Shown here in pieces: positions 1 to 12,072 of a stretch of DNA of 64,000 nt. Under the pieces are notes generated by a model that was not told the DNA's origin, made no database searches, and saw only the letters and a list, made by a program, of their open reading frames with translations. The first letter of the stretch is position 1. Each line of letters opens with the position of its first letter. The position numbers and the translations under genes are program-made. This stretch comes from Octopus sinensis (Eukaryota): assembly GCF_006345805.1 (NCBI RefSeq), contig NC_043008.1:2232001-2296000 (forward strand). The letters are read 5' to 3'.

Positions 1-155
1 CATTCGAGATAAATTGGGTTGCCATTGGAAGGAATATTTCATCGAGAATACAAATCACGTGTGTGCGAAATGCAAATATGCACTATTTTCTGAAGCTACA
101 TATATTTATACACACATACGCATACACACACATGTGTATATGTATGTATATATGA

Positions 156-228
<73 letters not shown>

Positions 229-334
229 TTATACACACACACATATATATATATACATGCATATATATGTATGTATATCTATATATATGTATATATATGA
301 ACGCGTGTTTGTGTGTGTATATATATATATATAT
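156..334. repeat. (TA)n/(CA)n microsatellite
   Basis: Direct dinucleotide tandem; it explains ORFs 14..448 and 267..461. Confidence 0.95.
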
Positions 335-1109
335 GCATTTACAGAGGCACGCAAGTATTTATATTCACAAATATGCTTACATATACATGAGTGTGAGGGG
401 GGGGGGCGTGAATGTATTTTTGTGTCTTTATGTTTGTGTTGCGTGTGAATCTAATTCGTAATCATTTTCGGCGATTCAATCATTTATTTCTTAATTGAAA
501 TGCAACGAGTAATTTAAAAACAAATCCGTAGATTTGTCTAGATATTTGCTTATTTATATAAGATTTGCATTCATGAATCAATCAGTTCAAATTGAAAACT
601 TGTTATATAGTTAATGATAATCTAGTATTTACTTTCAAATATTTAATACAACATTTTAAATTATTATTCTCAGATTTTTATATATGTGGCCAGAACATTA
701 TGCGTAAACACATGAATCTGTTGTAGGCACATACACTAAGTGAAATATGTACAGACGTATGTGCACATATGTTCGTGTGTTTGTGTTAGGTGCGTGTGTG
801 TACATGCGTGAAACATGCTGAAATTGTACACATTGTAACCGAGTTTCACGAACATTGAGTGATGCATGTATAATCTCGCACACAAAATCACAAATAGAGA
901 CATGTATATCTAACACACACGCCCCCACACACACACCGTGGAAATATACTACGTATAAGATTACAGAATTTTGGTTTTTATAAATTTTGCTTTTTAATGT
1001 GTAGAATGTATTTTTTATGAATGTTATCCCCAAGGCTTCTTGTATATCTGCGGCTCTTCTACCTTGATGTTAGCAATGCATTTTTAGAAAGGCTTGACCA
1101 GTTACTCAC

Positions 1110-3832
1110 TTCCAGCAAAATTAATCACTGTTCAAAATTAGCGTCCTGTGATTTTCACGAGCAGCATCGTTACTAGTAGATTTCGGGGCATTTGGATTGG
1201 CATTTGTTTGAAGTGTGTGAGAGCAACAGTGATGATATATGATTCCCAAACTGTTTGCAAGATGATCAGAAACTGCAGCATCCTTCAAAGATGAAACCTT
1301 AAAATATAAGCCGTGTGACAATGCAAGTTTTTCGAAATGTACAGTGACGTCAATACACACACTATTGCTACGAGAATGTTAGCGGATATGCAAACAAGAT
1401 CACTATTGCAGATGGTTATTACTGCTAAAGCTCTGGATTGTTGTTGAAGAACACATATCCCAGAAAACTTAACTTCAGTGAGAAATCTTCACATCTTGCT
1501 TTATAGGATATACATAACAAATCCTACAGCCCCAGATAAATATTTCGTGTATAAAATAACCTGCCGGAATATTCCTTAAATCTGATTACCAACATATATT
1601 TCATTTAAGGCTTGCCCTCATAAATATTACAGATTAATGCTTGAGATGTACCAGCTTACCAAAAATATTGCAGTTTCCACAAAAGGAACCGGCAAAATTT
1701 TTGATCGCAAATCACTTTCTCCTAGCAAAATACATCGCTGTTACCAACGGGTCGCACTTCTCAGCAAAGTAATTGCTTATCCGGAAACGGTTGAGTGAAA
1801 AACTGATTAAGAGGTGGCAGATACATGAATAAATTGACAGCTTACACACAAACATACAAATCGAGAAATTACCTTCTCTGTATAGTATAGTTGAATAACT
1901 GGGGATGTCATGTACATATGTTTACCTTGAGAAACAAATGAACCTCATTTAACACCAGACATTTATTTGTTAAAGACATTCCAATGCCATTAAAGACGTA
2001 TGACATATTTCGAAAGTTACAACGACAGCGTAAATATATACGTCAATCATTTTCCCTTGAAGTGTAACCTTATTTTATTTGTTCAAATCACACAATAGAA
2101 CTACCAGTCAGAAGATATTCTATTATTAAGTCTGCTCATTTCCCTGACAATAGAGGCTCCAATCTAAATTATTCTGTTGGTTATCACATGTTATTATTTT
2201 GACGTTCCTGTCATAACACATTTCTAACAGATATATTGCGATATTCACACTACTTTTAATTGTAAACGTAAATGTGATTTCCACTCTGGTTTCTATCAGG
2301 TACAGAGCACATTCCTCGTATAAACAGCATAGTAAGACAAAAAAAAGGCCTCAGGAAATTTACTCGTGATGACTCTCTCTATACAAACATATAAATTGCT
2401 AGAAATAGCAGGAATAAAAACGATAGCTTATACCTTGCCATCCTTTCCGACGAAAACTTTTATATAATGAATTTATGTAGTACTTGTGCTCTTGCTTGCC
2501 TTTTATAATACGAGCTTCCTTTCTGAGCTTCCAAATGTCCCGTCTGTATTCGGTAAACTACAGCTAAGACAAACAATGTCTAGTAGGATGTGCTCAAATT
2601 GGTGCTAAAGCCGTCGACTTCAATCTGGAATAACGAAGTTGATAGGTCAGCATATTAGATGTGTACTAATGGAATTACTATAATCTACAACAGCTCTTGT
2701 AAAAAAAAATGTCTGGAAACTTCATGCATCTGGTATATAATTAAGTTTATAATTCAGCGGATTTTTGTTATTCTATTTTTGACTAGACGCGGAAGTTAGC
2801 AATTGACGATTCTTATAAATACATAAAATGAAAAGAGTATCATCAATTCGATTCGTAATTATAAAAAGACTGGCCATGGTATGCCTTGTAGCAAAAATAG
2901 TTTTGGGTTTGTTGACAAGAAATCATCATCAAACATGATGCATATCAAAAGTTCGGAGAACATTTACACTGATTTCAATCACAAATGGAACGAAATCGGA
3001 ATAAACATTCAGATATCCATTTTCTAAACAAATAAAAGATAATAATAAATAAATTGATAAAATGTAAAAACCGAGGACAAATTTGTGTCGGATATATTTT
3101 TAATTGACCGCAGAAATAATTCAACAGAAGTCGTCTATATTTGATATGAACATCGTAAACGAAAATGTTTTAGAACCTCACCGCTCATCAAAGGTAATTG
3201 CTAAGCTAATCTTTGAAAATTATAGTAATGAGAGCAATATTATCTAAGAGAAATGGTCACTGCACTGTTCCAAATTTCATAAAATATATTTCTGATAATT
3301 GCTTATAGTTCATTGGAGAACATTAGTTAAATAATAATGCAATGAATTATATCTCTAACAGTAAAATTTTAATCAAAGCAACATCATGCTACGATGCCTT
3401 GAAAATTGCAATGCAAACCATTTTATGAAAGCAAATCATCACTCTAAATGCTGCAGTATGGTCGGTTTAGTAATGGAAGCGAATGTGATATAAAATATGA
3501 GAAATTCTATTGCTAAAGATAATAATTATTCAGAGACGAATGCAGCGTCCGCAGTATGCTACAGGTACCTATATCATCGACACCGAAAGGAAGCAAGTCA
3601 AAATTGTAAAGTCGGGGAAAATGTCGCTAATGGTTTTGTACGGCGTGTGAACAGGAACAAAAACAGCAAAAAGCAGTCAACAACAATAATAATAATTGTT
3701 TTATATAGGCAAATGTATTGACATTTACAGGAGGCGGGCAATGATATAAATGACTCATATATAGCATATTTTTGCTCTCAACTTACAAAAGCTGGGCAAC
3801 AAGTGCCTCTGTCTCAAGCACTCTTTCCTCTC
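1110..3832 (-). other. Possible small exons of an unidentified minus-strand gene or pseudogene
   Basis: Good minus-strand donors at 3786 (TT|GTAAGT), 2433 (AG|GTATAA), 1872 (AG|GTAATT), 1659 (TG|GTAAGC) and 1109 (AA|GTGAGT), with plausible acceptors. Exons 2557-2434 and 1925-1873 join in frame (FTEYRRDIWKLRKEARIIKGKQEHKYYINSLYKSFRRKGWQ-GKHMYMTSPVIQLYYTEK). No protein family recognised. Confidence 0.2.
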
Positions 3833-5390
3833 CTGCAAAGTTTTATGAAAAGCATTGATTTCGGTATCACTTATACTCTGCTAACTTGAGCAAAGTAATA
3901 TCAATTTCATTCTAGTTTAAAATTCAAAGAAGTTACTTCGTTCTACACTGACTACACACTGTCCTTTAACGTTCAAAATTTATATTTGTCACCAACACTT
4001 TAATATATTCATCATACAAATGACTCTTTTGATTTCAACATAAATACATCATACTGCCTTCATAAAGTATTCTCAATACACCATTGAACGAAAACATAGA
4101 AATTAGCATTAGAAATTAGTAGACATTATTCCATCTACTGTGAACTGTGGACAGCATACCAGAATTCATTAGCATATCTATTGGAACAGTTTCTATAGTC
4201 AACACTAAACTATGGAAATTCAAATCAAGAGACAAAACAATTAAAATACCGAAGAACACAATTCAACTAGGGAAAAGTGTTGTAGATAAGAAAATGAAAT
4301 ACTAATACAACCACTCACATACATATGATCATTCTTACATTAATAAATATACGCATTAACACAGATACAACTAAAAACAAAGGAAATGCAAATTTAAGCA
4401 TTACATCTCAGTTAAACGAAGGAAAAATAAATAAAAGAACGTTATGCCGTCAAGGTGGGTAATGTATTTTGGTTGAATATTATATTGTTCCAAAACGATC
4501 CTATTGTTTATGGTAATCAAAATTACAATTTGCACAATTTAGTGTTCGAAATATTATTCAAATTTTGTTGCATCAGTTTGATTTCCATCATTCGATTAAT
4601 TTTCTTGATTGTAATTTTACCATATCCATTCAGGAATTAACCTGTATCTCAAAAACTTCGACGTAGTTACCAGAGTATTTGTAAATGTCCTTATTTGCAA
4701 ATTTCCTTATTGCAAATCAGTAAATATAGAACATTGGAAGCACGGAACTTGTATTTTCTATCTTAAATATAAAAATATCTGGTACATTTTTATCTACCGA
4801 GTTACATAAAAACATGAGATGCGACTGAGGAAAATTAATCATATTAGAAACATGTTATAAGAAGTGATAGCATGGAAGGTGAAGAAATGGTACCCAGGAA
4901 TTGTGTAGGCGTGAACGATTAAACGTACCCGCTCACTGAAACATGATATATAAGTGTACTTATATAAAATTACATGTTGTGGAAGATAAGAATTAATAAG
5001 GAAAGGAAAATCGAATCAAAGGTTTTCCATTTCTTGTCTTGAACGACAAACCTTTTGAAATAACAGGATGTGCTATGTCATATATGAACATTTTATGTAT
5101 GTGTTACATTCAAGCCATCATAAATTAAGATCTCTGTGGAAACGAAACATATGTGTAACGTAAGATCATACATCTAAGTGGAGTATATGACATAACTACA
5201 CAGCACTTATCTGAGAATATAATAGAGATATTTACTCACTCAGTATCTACACAAACTGATATCAGCGATTAGTGATATAGATTTTATTCAAATGCCTCTG
5301 TTACTTTTCGACAAATGTGCACAATCATTATTGCAGAAATTATACTAACGGAAAACCCAGAGTATATTTTATTAAAACTGTCTTCAAGAT

Positions 5391-5568
5391 ACATTATTTA
5401 CATTTGGCGGATATTTGTCCTCATCTTGTTTGTTGTGAACACAAAGTCTCAGCATATATACTCTCCAGCCTTCACCAAGTATCTTAGGGAAATTTCGAAC
5501 CTGGATTCTCATTCCTAAGGTATTTTTCGATGTTGTAATTATTATTAGCATTATTATTATTATTATTA

Positions 5569-5621
<53 letters not shown>

Positions 5622-5707
5622 TCGGTGCCAGGAATCGAACTCGGAATCTTGGGGTTAGTAGCTCGTGCTCTTAACCACTACGCCATATGCCCTATGGGCA
5701 CATATAG
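5391..5707 (-). mobile_element. SINE family C (tRNA-like head + (AAT)n + hammerhead-like tail), inverted, with 15-bp TSD
   Basis: Reverse complement reads GGGCATATGGCGTAGTGGTTAAGAGCACGAGCTACTAACCCCAAGATTCCGAGTTCGATTCC (A and B boxes), then (AAT)n at ~5538-5617, then a tail homologous to 13414-13586 and 46678-46851. Direct repeat aactgtcttcaagat at 5376-5390 and 5708-5722. Confidence 0.9.
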
Positions 5708-6162
5708 AACTGTCTTCAAGATGTTCAGAAAGGCTTTTAGAAAGAAAGTCATATAACATTGAATGCCTTTCCAGATCGAGATTAGTTAGATCTGACAGGT
5801 CGTGTTACACACGATGATCCCCGAACTGACTCCCCATTTGGTCCGTGCTCGCGTTCATCTTAGCATAACTCAAGTTTTCAGCCTACGTCAACATTGTTCA
5901 TCGGAGAGTCAGTTTTAACAAAAGTATTATAATTAAATGTCAAATATAGAACTGTAACAGGCACTGTTAATGTCCAAGAAGACATCCTTTGACACGGGCT
6001 AATTTCTCTCTCGTATGTACCTATATTTGCGCATATGAATGTAAGCCCTCGATAGGGAGAGAGACAGAAAGAAAAAAGAAAGAAAGAGAGAGCAAGACAG
6101 AGAGAGACGAGAGACAGATAGACAAATATATATATATATTTGTGCGCGTGTGTATATATATA

Positions 6163-6555
6163 GGCTTTGTGGTAAGTAGCTTGCTTACCAACCACATGGT
6201 TCCGGGTTCAGTCCCACTGCGTGGCACCTTGGGCAAGTGTCTTCTACTATAGCCTCGGGCCAACCAAAGCCTTGTAAGTGGATTTGGTAGACGGAAACTG
6301 AAAGAAGCCCGTCGTATATATGTATATATATATATGTGCGTGTACGTTTGTGTGCGTGTTTGTCCCCCTAGCATTGCTTGACAACCGATGCTGGTGTGTT
6401 TATGTCCCCATCACTTAGCGGTTCGGCAAAAGAGACCGATAGAATAAGTACTGGTCTTACAAAGAATAAGTCTCGGGGTCGAGTTGCTCGACTAAAGGCG
6501 GTGCTGCAGCATGGCCGCAGTCAAATGACTGAAACAAGTAAAAGAGTAAAAGAAA
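6163..6555 (+). mobile_element. SINE family A, near full length (tRNA-derived, internal (TA)/(TG) tract)
   Basis: Head GGTAAGTAGCTTGCTTACCAACCACATGGTTCCGGGTTCAGTCCC, body GGCACCTTGGGCAAGTGTC, tail GGCGGTGC..CAGCATGGCCGCAGTCAAATGACTGAAACAAGTAAAAGAG; at least 7 homologous copies in the window. Confidence 0.92.
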
Positions 6556-6929
6556 AGAAAAGAGTATATATATACACGCACATTTCTCTTTCACTTTATC
6601 TCTGTAAGCAAAATCCTGTAGTGTAGTGGTTCGATATTTCGAGAGTTCTATGGTTTTGAGTGTGGGTCAACTTCTTACACATTATCTTTTGCCAGGTTCA
6701 AGCTATAAGTTAATGAGCATGTCATTCAGATATATGCATCGCGTTATCCTGTGGCTAGATATTGGGATACGAACCTGGAGATACGATAACCTATATTCGA
6801 AACCTCTGCTGCTTTGCGATCATGCCATCAGTAGGGAAAGTTTCGGGTGGGTAGCTCGAGGGAAAATCAGTTGTCGAATCTGTTCAGTTCAGTTATGTTC
6901 AGTTCTCGACGTTTACAATTTCGTAGCAA

Positions 6930-7200
6930 CTCTTACGGCGAAGAAATTGGTAGCAAATTTTAAAGGTCATGCCGTTTCTTTCTGTCCCTTAAAGACGTAG
7001 AGACGGGGCAGGCTGCAGAAGCACAGACCTGTCCCACCGAAGTTCCTTTAGCGGAGAGAAAAAAACGGAGAAGTCACTGGATTGGTCACAAATCTCGCTG
7101 ACGTTGTCAGCAAAATACGTGATCCAAAACTTACAAATACTAATGGGACAAGTCAAAACTAAAGGTTTCCTAGCAGGAGCTGTAATTCGCGCACCGAAAT
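6930..7200 (-). promoter_or_regulatory. Candidate promoter/first-exon region
   Basis: Locally CpG-rich non-repetitive DNA; CCAAT box (ATTGG 7081-7085), inverted repeat GCTGAC-gtt-GTCAGC containing TGACGT (7097-7111), minus-strand donor GCC|GTAAGA at 6936. Confidence 0.2.
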
Positions 7201-7309
7201 ATTCAGATAAAGTCAGGTATTTTGCAGTATTTCAGATAACTACGAAATTCTTTAGTAGACCAACATGTTAAAGAGAGAAAAGACAGAGAAAAGATGGAGA
7301 GACCCCTCA

Positions 7310-7349
<40 letters not shown>

Positions 7350-7652
7350 AATGCATTTGTGTGTATGTGCAACAGTGAGTCTCGTTGTGCTTGTGTTTGC
7401 ACGAAAATGTGTGTGTAAGTAATGAATAATATTCCATGTATAAGTCTCCAGGGTCTGAGAAGCACGTAGCAGTGCAATCAACATTTTTATAACTATGTAT
7501 CAATTTTTAATTGGAATTAAGAAAGGAAATCTAGAAATGGAGTAACATTCTGAAATACCTTGCAGTATTTGTTAAAGACTTTTTACTTTCTAAATTTAAA
7601 ATCTGCTTGTTCAATAGACTTATTTAAACACAGGGAGTAAGAAAATATCTAT

Positions 7653-7884
7653 TTATTTACTACCCACAAGGGGCTAAACAAAGTGGAGACAAACAAGGAC
7701 AGACAAACGGATTAAGTCGATTACATCGACCCCAGTGCGTAACTGGTACTTAATTTATCGACTCCGAAATAATGAAAGGCAAAGTCGACCTCGGTGGAAT
7801 TTGAACTCAGAACGTAACGGCAGACGAAATACGGCTACGCATTTCGCCCGGCGTGCTAACGTTTCTGCTAGCTCGCCGCCTTAT
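7653..7884 (-). mobile_element. SINE family B, full length, with 20-bp TSD
   Basis: Reverse-complement match to 55873-56105 (AAGGCGGCGAGCT..GCAGAAACGTTAGCACGCCGGGCG..GAGTTCAAATTCC..GGGGTCGATGTAATCGAC). Flanks ggga(g/a)taagaaaatatctat at 7633-7652 and 7885-7904. Confidence 0.92.
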
Positions 7885-8841
7885 GGGAATAAGAAAATAT
7901 CTATGAGGTATTGAGTTCGCTTCCACCAAATTCTCTGGACTTGCGTCTATGCCTGAAACCATTTTATCCGATTCAATATTTTTACAACGCTTATTACATG
8001 CATTATATATGAATTACAGCGGTATGTCACAAAATGACAGACAATAAGAAGCAAAGCGCTATTTTCAAGAACGTTATTTCAGAAAGCCATGAGGGACCCA
8101 GCAAATATACATTCTAGCGGCTGATTTCCTTTTAGACGTTAAGTATTGAATTCTACTTTTCTTTTTAAATAATGCCACGAAATTAACAGGAAAATCAATT
8201 TATTCTAATGTTTGAAAATGAAGGTAGTTAACGTTTTATTTAATTTATATTTTATATCATAAATAAAGCTACTTAGAGATAAGTAGGATTATTCAGTTTC
8301 AATTTATCTTTCACGTTTAAATTAGCAAATCATTTTTTTTTCATTTGGTAATAAAATGTTGAAATCCGTTTGAATGAAGGTAAGTAGAATCAAAGAAAAA
8401 ATTCGTTTACACTCAATAAAAATCAATACCAATTCGCTAGTAGATTTAATTGTTGTCTTCCATAGTTTATAATTCAAGACAACATAAAATAAATAAACAT
8501 TAATACTCACCGGTAAAATGAAATATTTTTAATTGTTTATAGTAAGATTTTTCTATTTTCAATAAGGAGTAGGCCTTTAGAGGAAAACATACGTAAAATA
8601 AATTATAAACGTTTCTCTGCCGCTGTGTTTAATGCTGATGTTGATGGTGAAATTTATAAATTGCTTTCAAATTTTCTGGAAAATAAATAAAGCAAAAATA
8701 GTTTCCAATATTCTAAATTTTATTTTGGGAAAAGGAAAAACTGCACTAAAACTCAACTCAATGCATTAAATATGAAAAAGGTTGAAGAGCATTAAACCTT
8801 AATTTAATTGAACTTCTTTATAGATTATATATGAATGGTAC

Positions 8842-9012
8842 CTGGCGCAGGAACGTCTTCAGGGTAAGTAGCTTGCTTAACAACCACATGGTTCCGCATT
8901 CAGCCCCACTGGGTGGCACCTTGGGCAACTGTTTTCTAATATAACCTCGAGCCTACCAAAGCCTTGGGAGGGGATCTGGTAGACGGGAACTCAAATGAGC
9001 CTGTCATATATA

Positions 9013-9097
<85 letters not shown>

Positions 9098-9305
9098 ATG
9101 TCCCTGTGTCTGCTTGTGTTTGCCCCTCCACTATTGCTTGACAACCGATGTTGATGACTTTACGTCTGCGTTACATTGCGGTTCGGCAAGAGAGGCCGAT
9201 AGAATATGTACTTAGCGTACAAAGAACAAGTGGTGGGTCGATTTGTTCGACTAAAAGCGGTGATTCCGCATGCCACCAATCAAACGATTGAACCAAATAA
9301 AAGAT
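8842..9305 (+). mobile_element. SINE family A, diverged copy with expanded internal microsatellite
   Basis: Collinear homology with 6163-6555 in head, body and tail. Confidence 0.88.
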
Positions 9306-9574
9306 TATATATATATATATATATATATACAAGGCATATGCATATATGACATATATACATATATATTCGTTGTGTGCATGCATCAATGACTGATGCATCT
9401 GGGCACATCTTCAGTGATGTATGTGCCTTGTATCGTTGGGTGTTTCAGTTCTTTCAACATCATACACCCTCCTCCAAGTGACCCAGCTGGGATTGACGAG
9501 ACCCCATTTTCTGTCCAGATCGCCAGCTACCTACCACGTGTCTCCCTTATTTTGATTCACAGATATTTTGAAGT

Positions 9575-9935
9575 CTAATTGGTTGAAGGAGAGGTTTTCT
9601 TCTAGCTGCTCGTCTTTAATAACTAAGATTATGCAGATATGTAACAAGTTCTTGGACTAAAATCTGGTTGTTTTGCAATATCAGATGCCTTCGATCGGGG
9701 TTAGTTTTCCCTTCAAACAGCAAAGCTTCCTTCCCGAGGGCACATGTCAGCCAGGATGAGAATTTGCTGATTATTTTCCTTGGCTTTTGAATTGCACTAT
9801 TATTCTATTAACAGTAGCAAAAGGAATTTGAAGATTTTCGGCAATATTTCACTGGCTATGACCAGCCTCAGATTGCCCAACAGTACGACTTCTTTGAAAA
9901 TCTGACAGTTCTGCTGAATGTTTACTGCGTGGCAT
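9575..9935 (-). pseudogene. Tc1/mariner transposase N-terminal fragment (decayed)
   Basis: Manual translation from ATG at 9935: [53 protein letters not shown]...ASDIAKQ..SPRT..YLHNLSY*RRAARRKPLL. This is the paired-like HTH region plus the KPLL motif of Tc1 transposases, with stops and frameshifts. It is absent from the ORF track. Confidence 0.85.
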
Positions 9936-10405
9936 GGTTACTCTTCGCAAATGTTTAATATAATGGTACTTGTAAAGAAAAAGAATACTTACATTGTAAA
10001 TTCTACACCGCTGAAAACTATAACACGCTTAGATCAGAAATTTTGAAAATTTAGATGTCTATTTACTTCCCGCATGTGTGAATATATCTTCCTACATGGC
10101 GTAACTAACTAAAACAAGACGATAGGATAGGAGAGGGCATATACTTACTCACACGTATATATCTCAATATACATATATATTATCTAAAGAATGGTAAGCT
10201 GAATCCATTGAAGTTAAAAAACGACTATGAAACTACGGATGAACTGAGTTAAGTAACTAATTATGCATGTTTTGGGAGTGATATAGTCCTTGTCTATCAT
10301 TAATCAGCTGTCTAAGAAGTAAATTTTCTGATGTAATACTTGCGAATTTGTTTGCTTTTTCAAATGCCTTGTAAATGGGGTGGTAAAAACTTTGTCATTC
10401 ATTCA
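9575..10405 (-). mobile_element. 5' portion of a Tc1-like DNA transposon
   Basis: Transposase fragment plus upstream GACAAAGTTTTTACCACCCC (minus strand, ~10376-10396), which resembles a Tc1 TIR. The outer boundary is approximate. Confidence 0.55.
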
Positions 10406-11811
10406 TGTTTCTGGTTTTAATAGTTACACTTATCGTGTTAGTCGTTAAACATTCAAAATTATTTAAACACTACTTTATCGGATGAAAGGTAAAATGGCGT
10501 AGACTAAAACAGCAATCAGTTTGGGCGAAACGAAGAATCTTCGATTTGTGTTTCTTGAATTTTTCTATGTAGCTGCATTATAATTGAAAATTCAACATAC
10601 ACTTTTGGGTAATGAATAATACAAAAATATTGTCGGTTACATTTTGCCAGACAAAAGCCTCCAAATTTTTCAAGCAAAACTGTGAATGTATTAGTATTCT
10701 GATAGAGCTTTTTTTCGTTTTATTTGTACCAAGTTCCAAGCAGAAAGAGATATTAGATAGCTTGAACAAAGAGATTCTGGCGAAATCGGATAACCACGAC
10801 CGCTAAATCTTAAAATTCAAGCCTAAAATCTAAAACCAACCCGAACCGATAAACTTTAACTTTTATCTGAAACATTGACTATAAATCTAAATTCCCTTAT
10901 ACGCAACGTCTTGTTTTGTTATGACATGGAATTTTGGTTATTATTTTTAAAAGAAATCCCTTTATATTTCAGCATGTGAATTATCGCGATGCTATACATA
11001 TATGTAAGAAGTCATATTTTGATATCTGAAACAACGATACTCTTTGCGAAGTTTTCTGTGCCCTGTTTGTCAAATAAGTATTGTTTCAGTCGTGGTGTTC
11101 GTCAAACAGCCTCAGTCTATCATGAAATTCTTCGGTCTTCTGCTTAACGCAAAAATCAATATTATTACAAACGATAATCTACAACTCTTGCAGCGTTAAC
11201 AGTACTGACTTTCAGAAGTCAAACATGTTAAACATTTATGAACATTCACACACACAATTTTTATGTAGGTATACGTGTGGATAATTGCGTGTTGCAATTA
11301 CTTACGAAAAATATCAAATTTATTGGACTATAATAAATTCATACATTTATAGGAAATTCCTAATTTATACGTTCATAATAAATTGATGATCTATCTCGAA
11401 AAGATTAGGGATAAAAAATTAATTAGAGGATTAAATAACACAGAATCATGATAAATTGATAGAATTAATTGCTAATAATGAAATCAATCATACTTATTCA
11501 TTGCTAACCTGTTGAAAAGATGAATCTATTTCATCTCTTAGAATGTTGATTATTGTAATCGATTTTTTGTGTATAAATTATATTTGACATATTCTCAAAC
11601 TGATATTTACATGAAAGTTTCATGTCAATATTGAAAATCATGTGTGTTTGTGAGTGAGCGTACTTATGAATGCGTATATTGATATGAGTATATATACAAT
11701 TACACACATAAATATACATATAACATGCACATGGATATATGTATATATATATATGTACAAATATTCATGTATATTTATTTGTATGTAGACATACACACAC
11801 ACGTACACACT

Positions 11812-11849
<38 letters not shown>

Positions 11850-11851
11850 AA

Positions 11852-12072
11852 CAGTAATCCCTCGACTATCACAGGTGTTGCCTTTCAAACTCTGCCGCGA
11901 TAGGTGAAAATCCGCGAAGCAGAAACAGTAGAGTACTCTATATTTTTTCGTTATTTTTATCATTTAAATATATTTATTTTATTATGAATGCAAGACAACA
12001 TTGCGGAGGGATCGTCGTAAGCTTCAGTAATAAACCGCGATAGGTGAACCGCGATATGACGAGAGATTACCA
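11852..12072. mobile_element. Tigger/pogo-like MITE
   Basis: Imperfect TIRs: left cagtaatccctcgactatcacagg; right (reverse complement) ggtaatctctcgtcatatcgcgg. Repeated internal ccgcgataggtgaa motif; ~220 bp. Confidence 0.7.

Noticed and set aside
14-461. ORFs rich in YI, YL/SI or VC repeats here and throughout (e.g. 17946..18343, 43033..43448, 54105..54620)
   Set aside because: They are translations of (TA)n, (TATC)n and (TG)n microsatellites, not genes.
1121-1360. HCCSHTLQ as a hAT transposase CxxH motif
   Set aside because: No other hAT motifs or TIRs nearby; a short chance resemblance.
9993-10010. 18-nt minus-strand microexon with ideal splice sites (ttttcag|..|gtaagt)
   Set aside because: It lies within the 5' region of the Tc1 relic, and such matches are expected by chance in 64 kb of AT-rich DNA.
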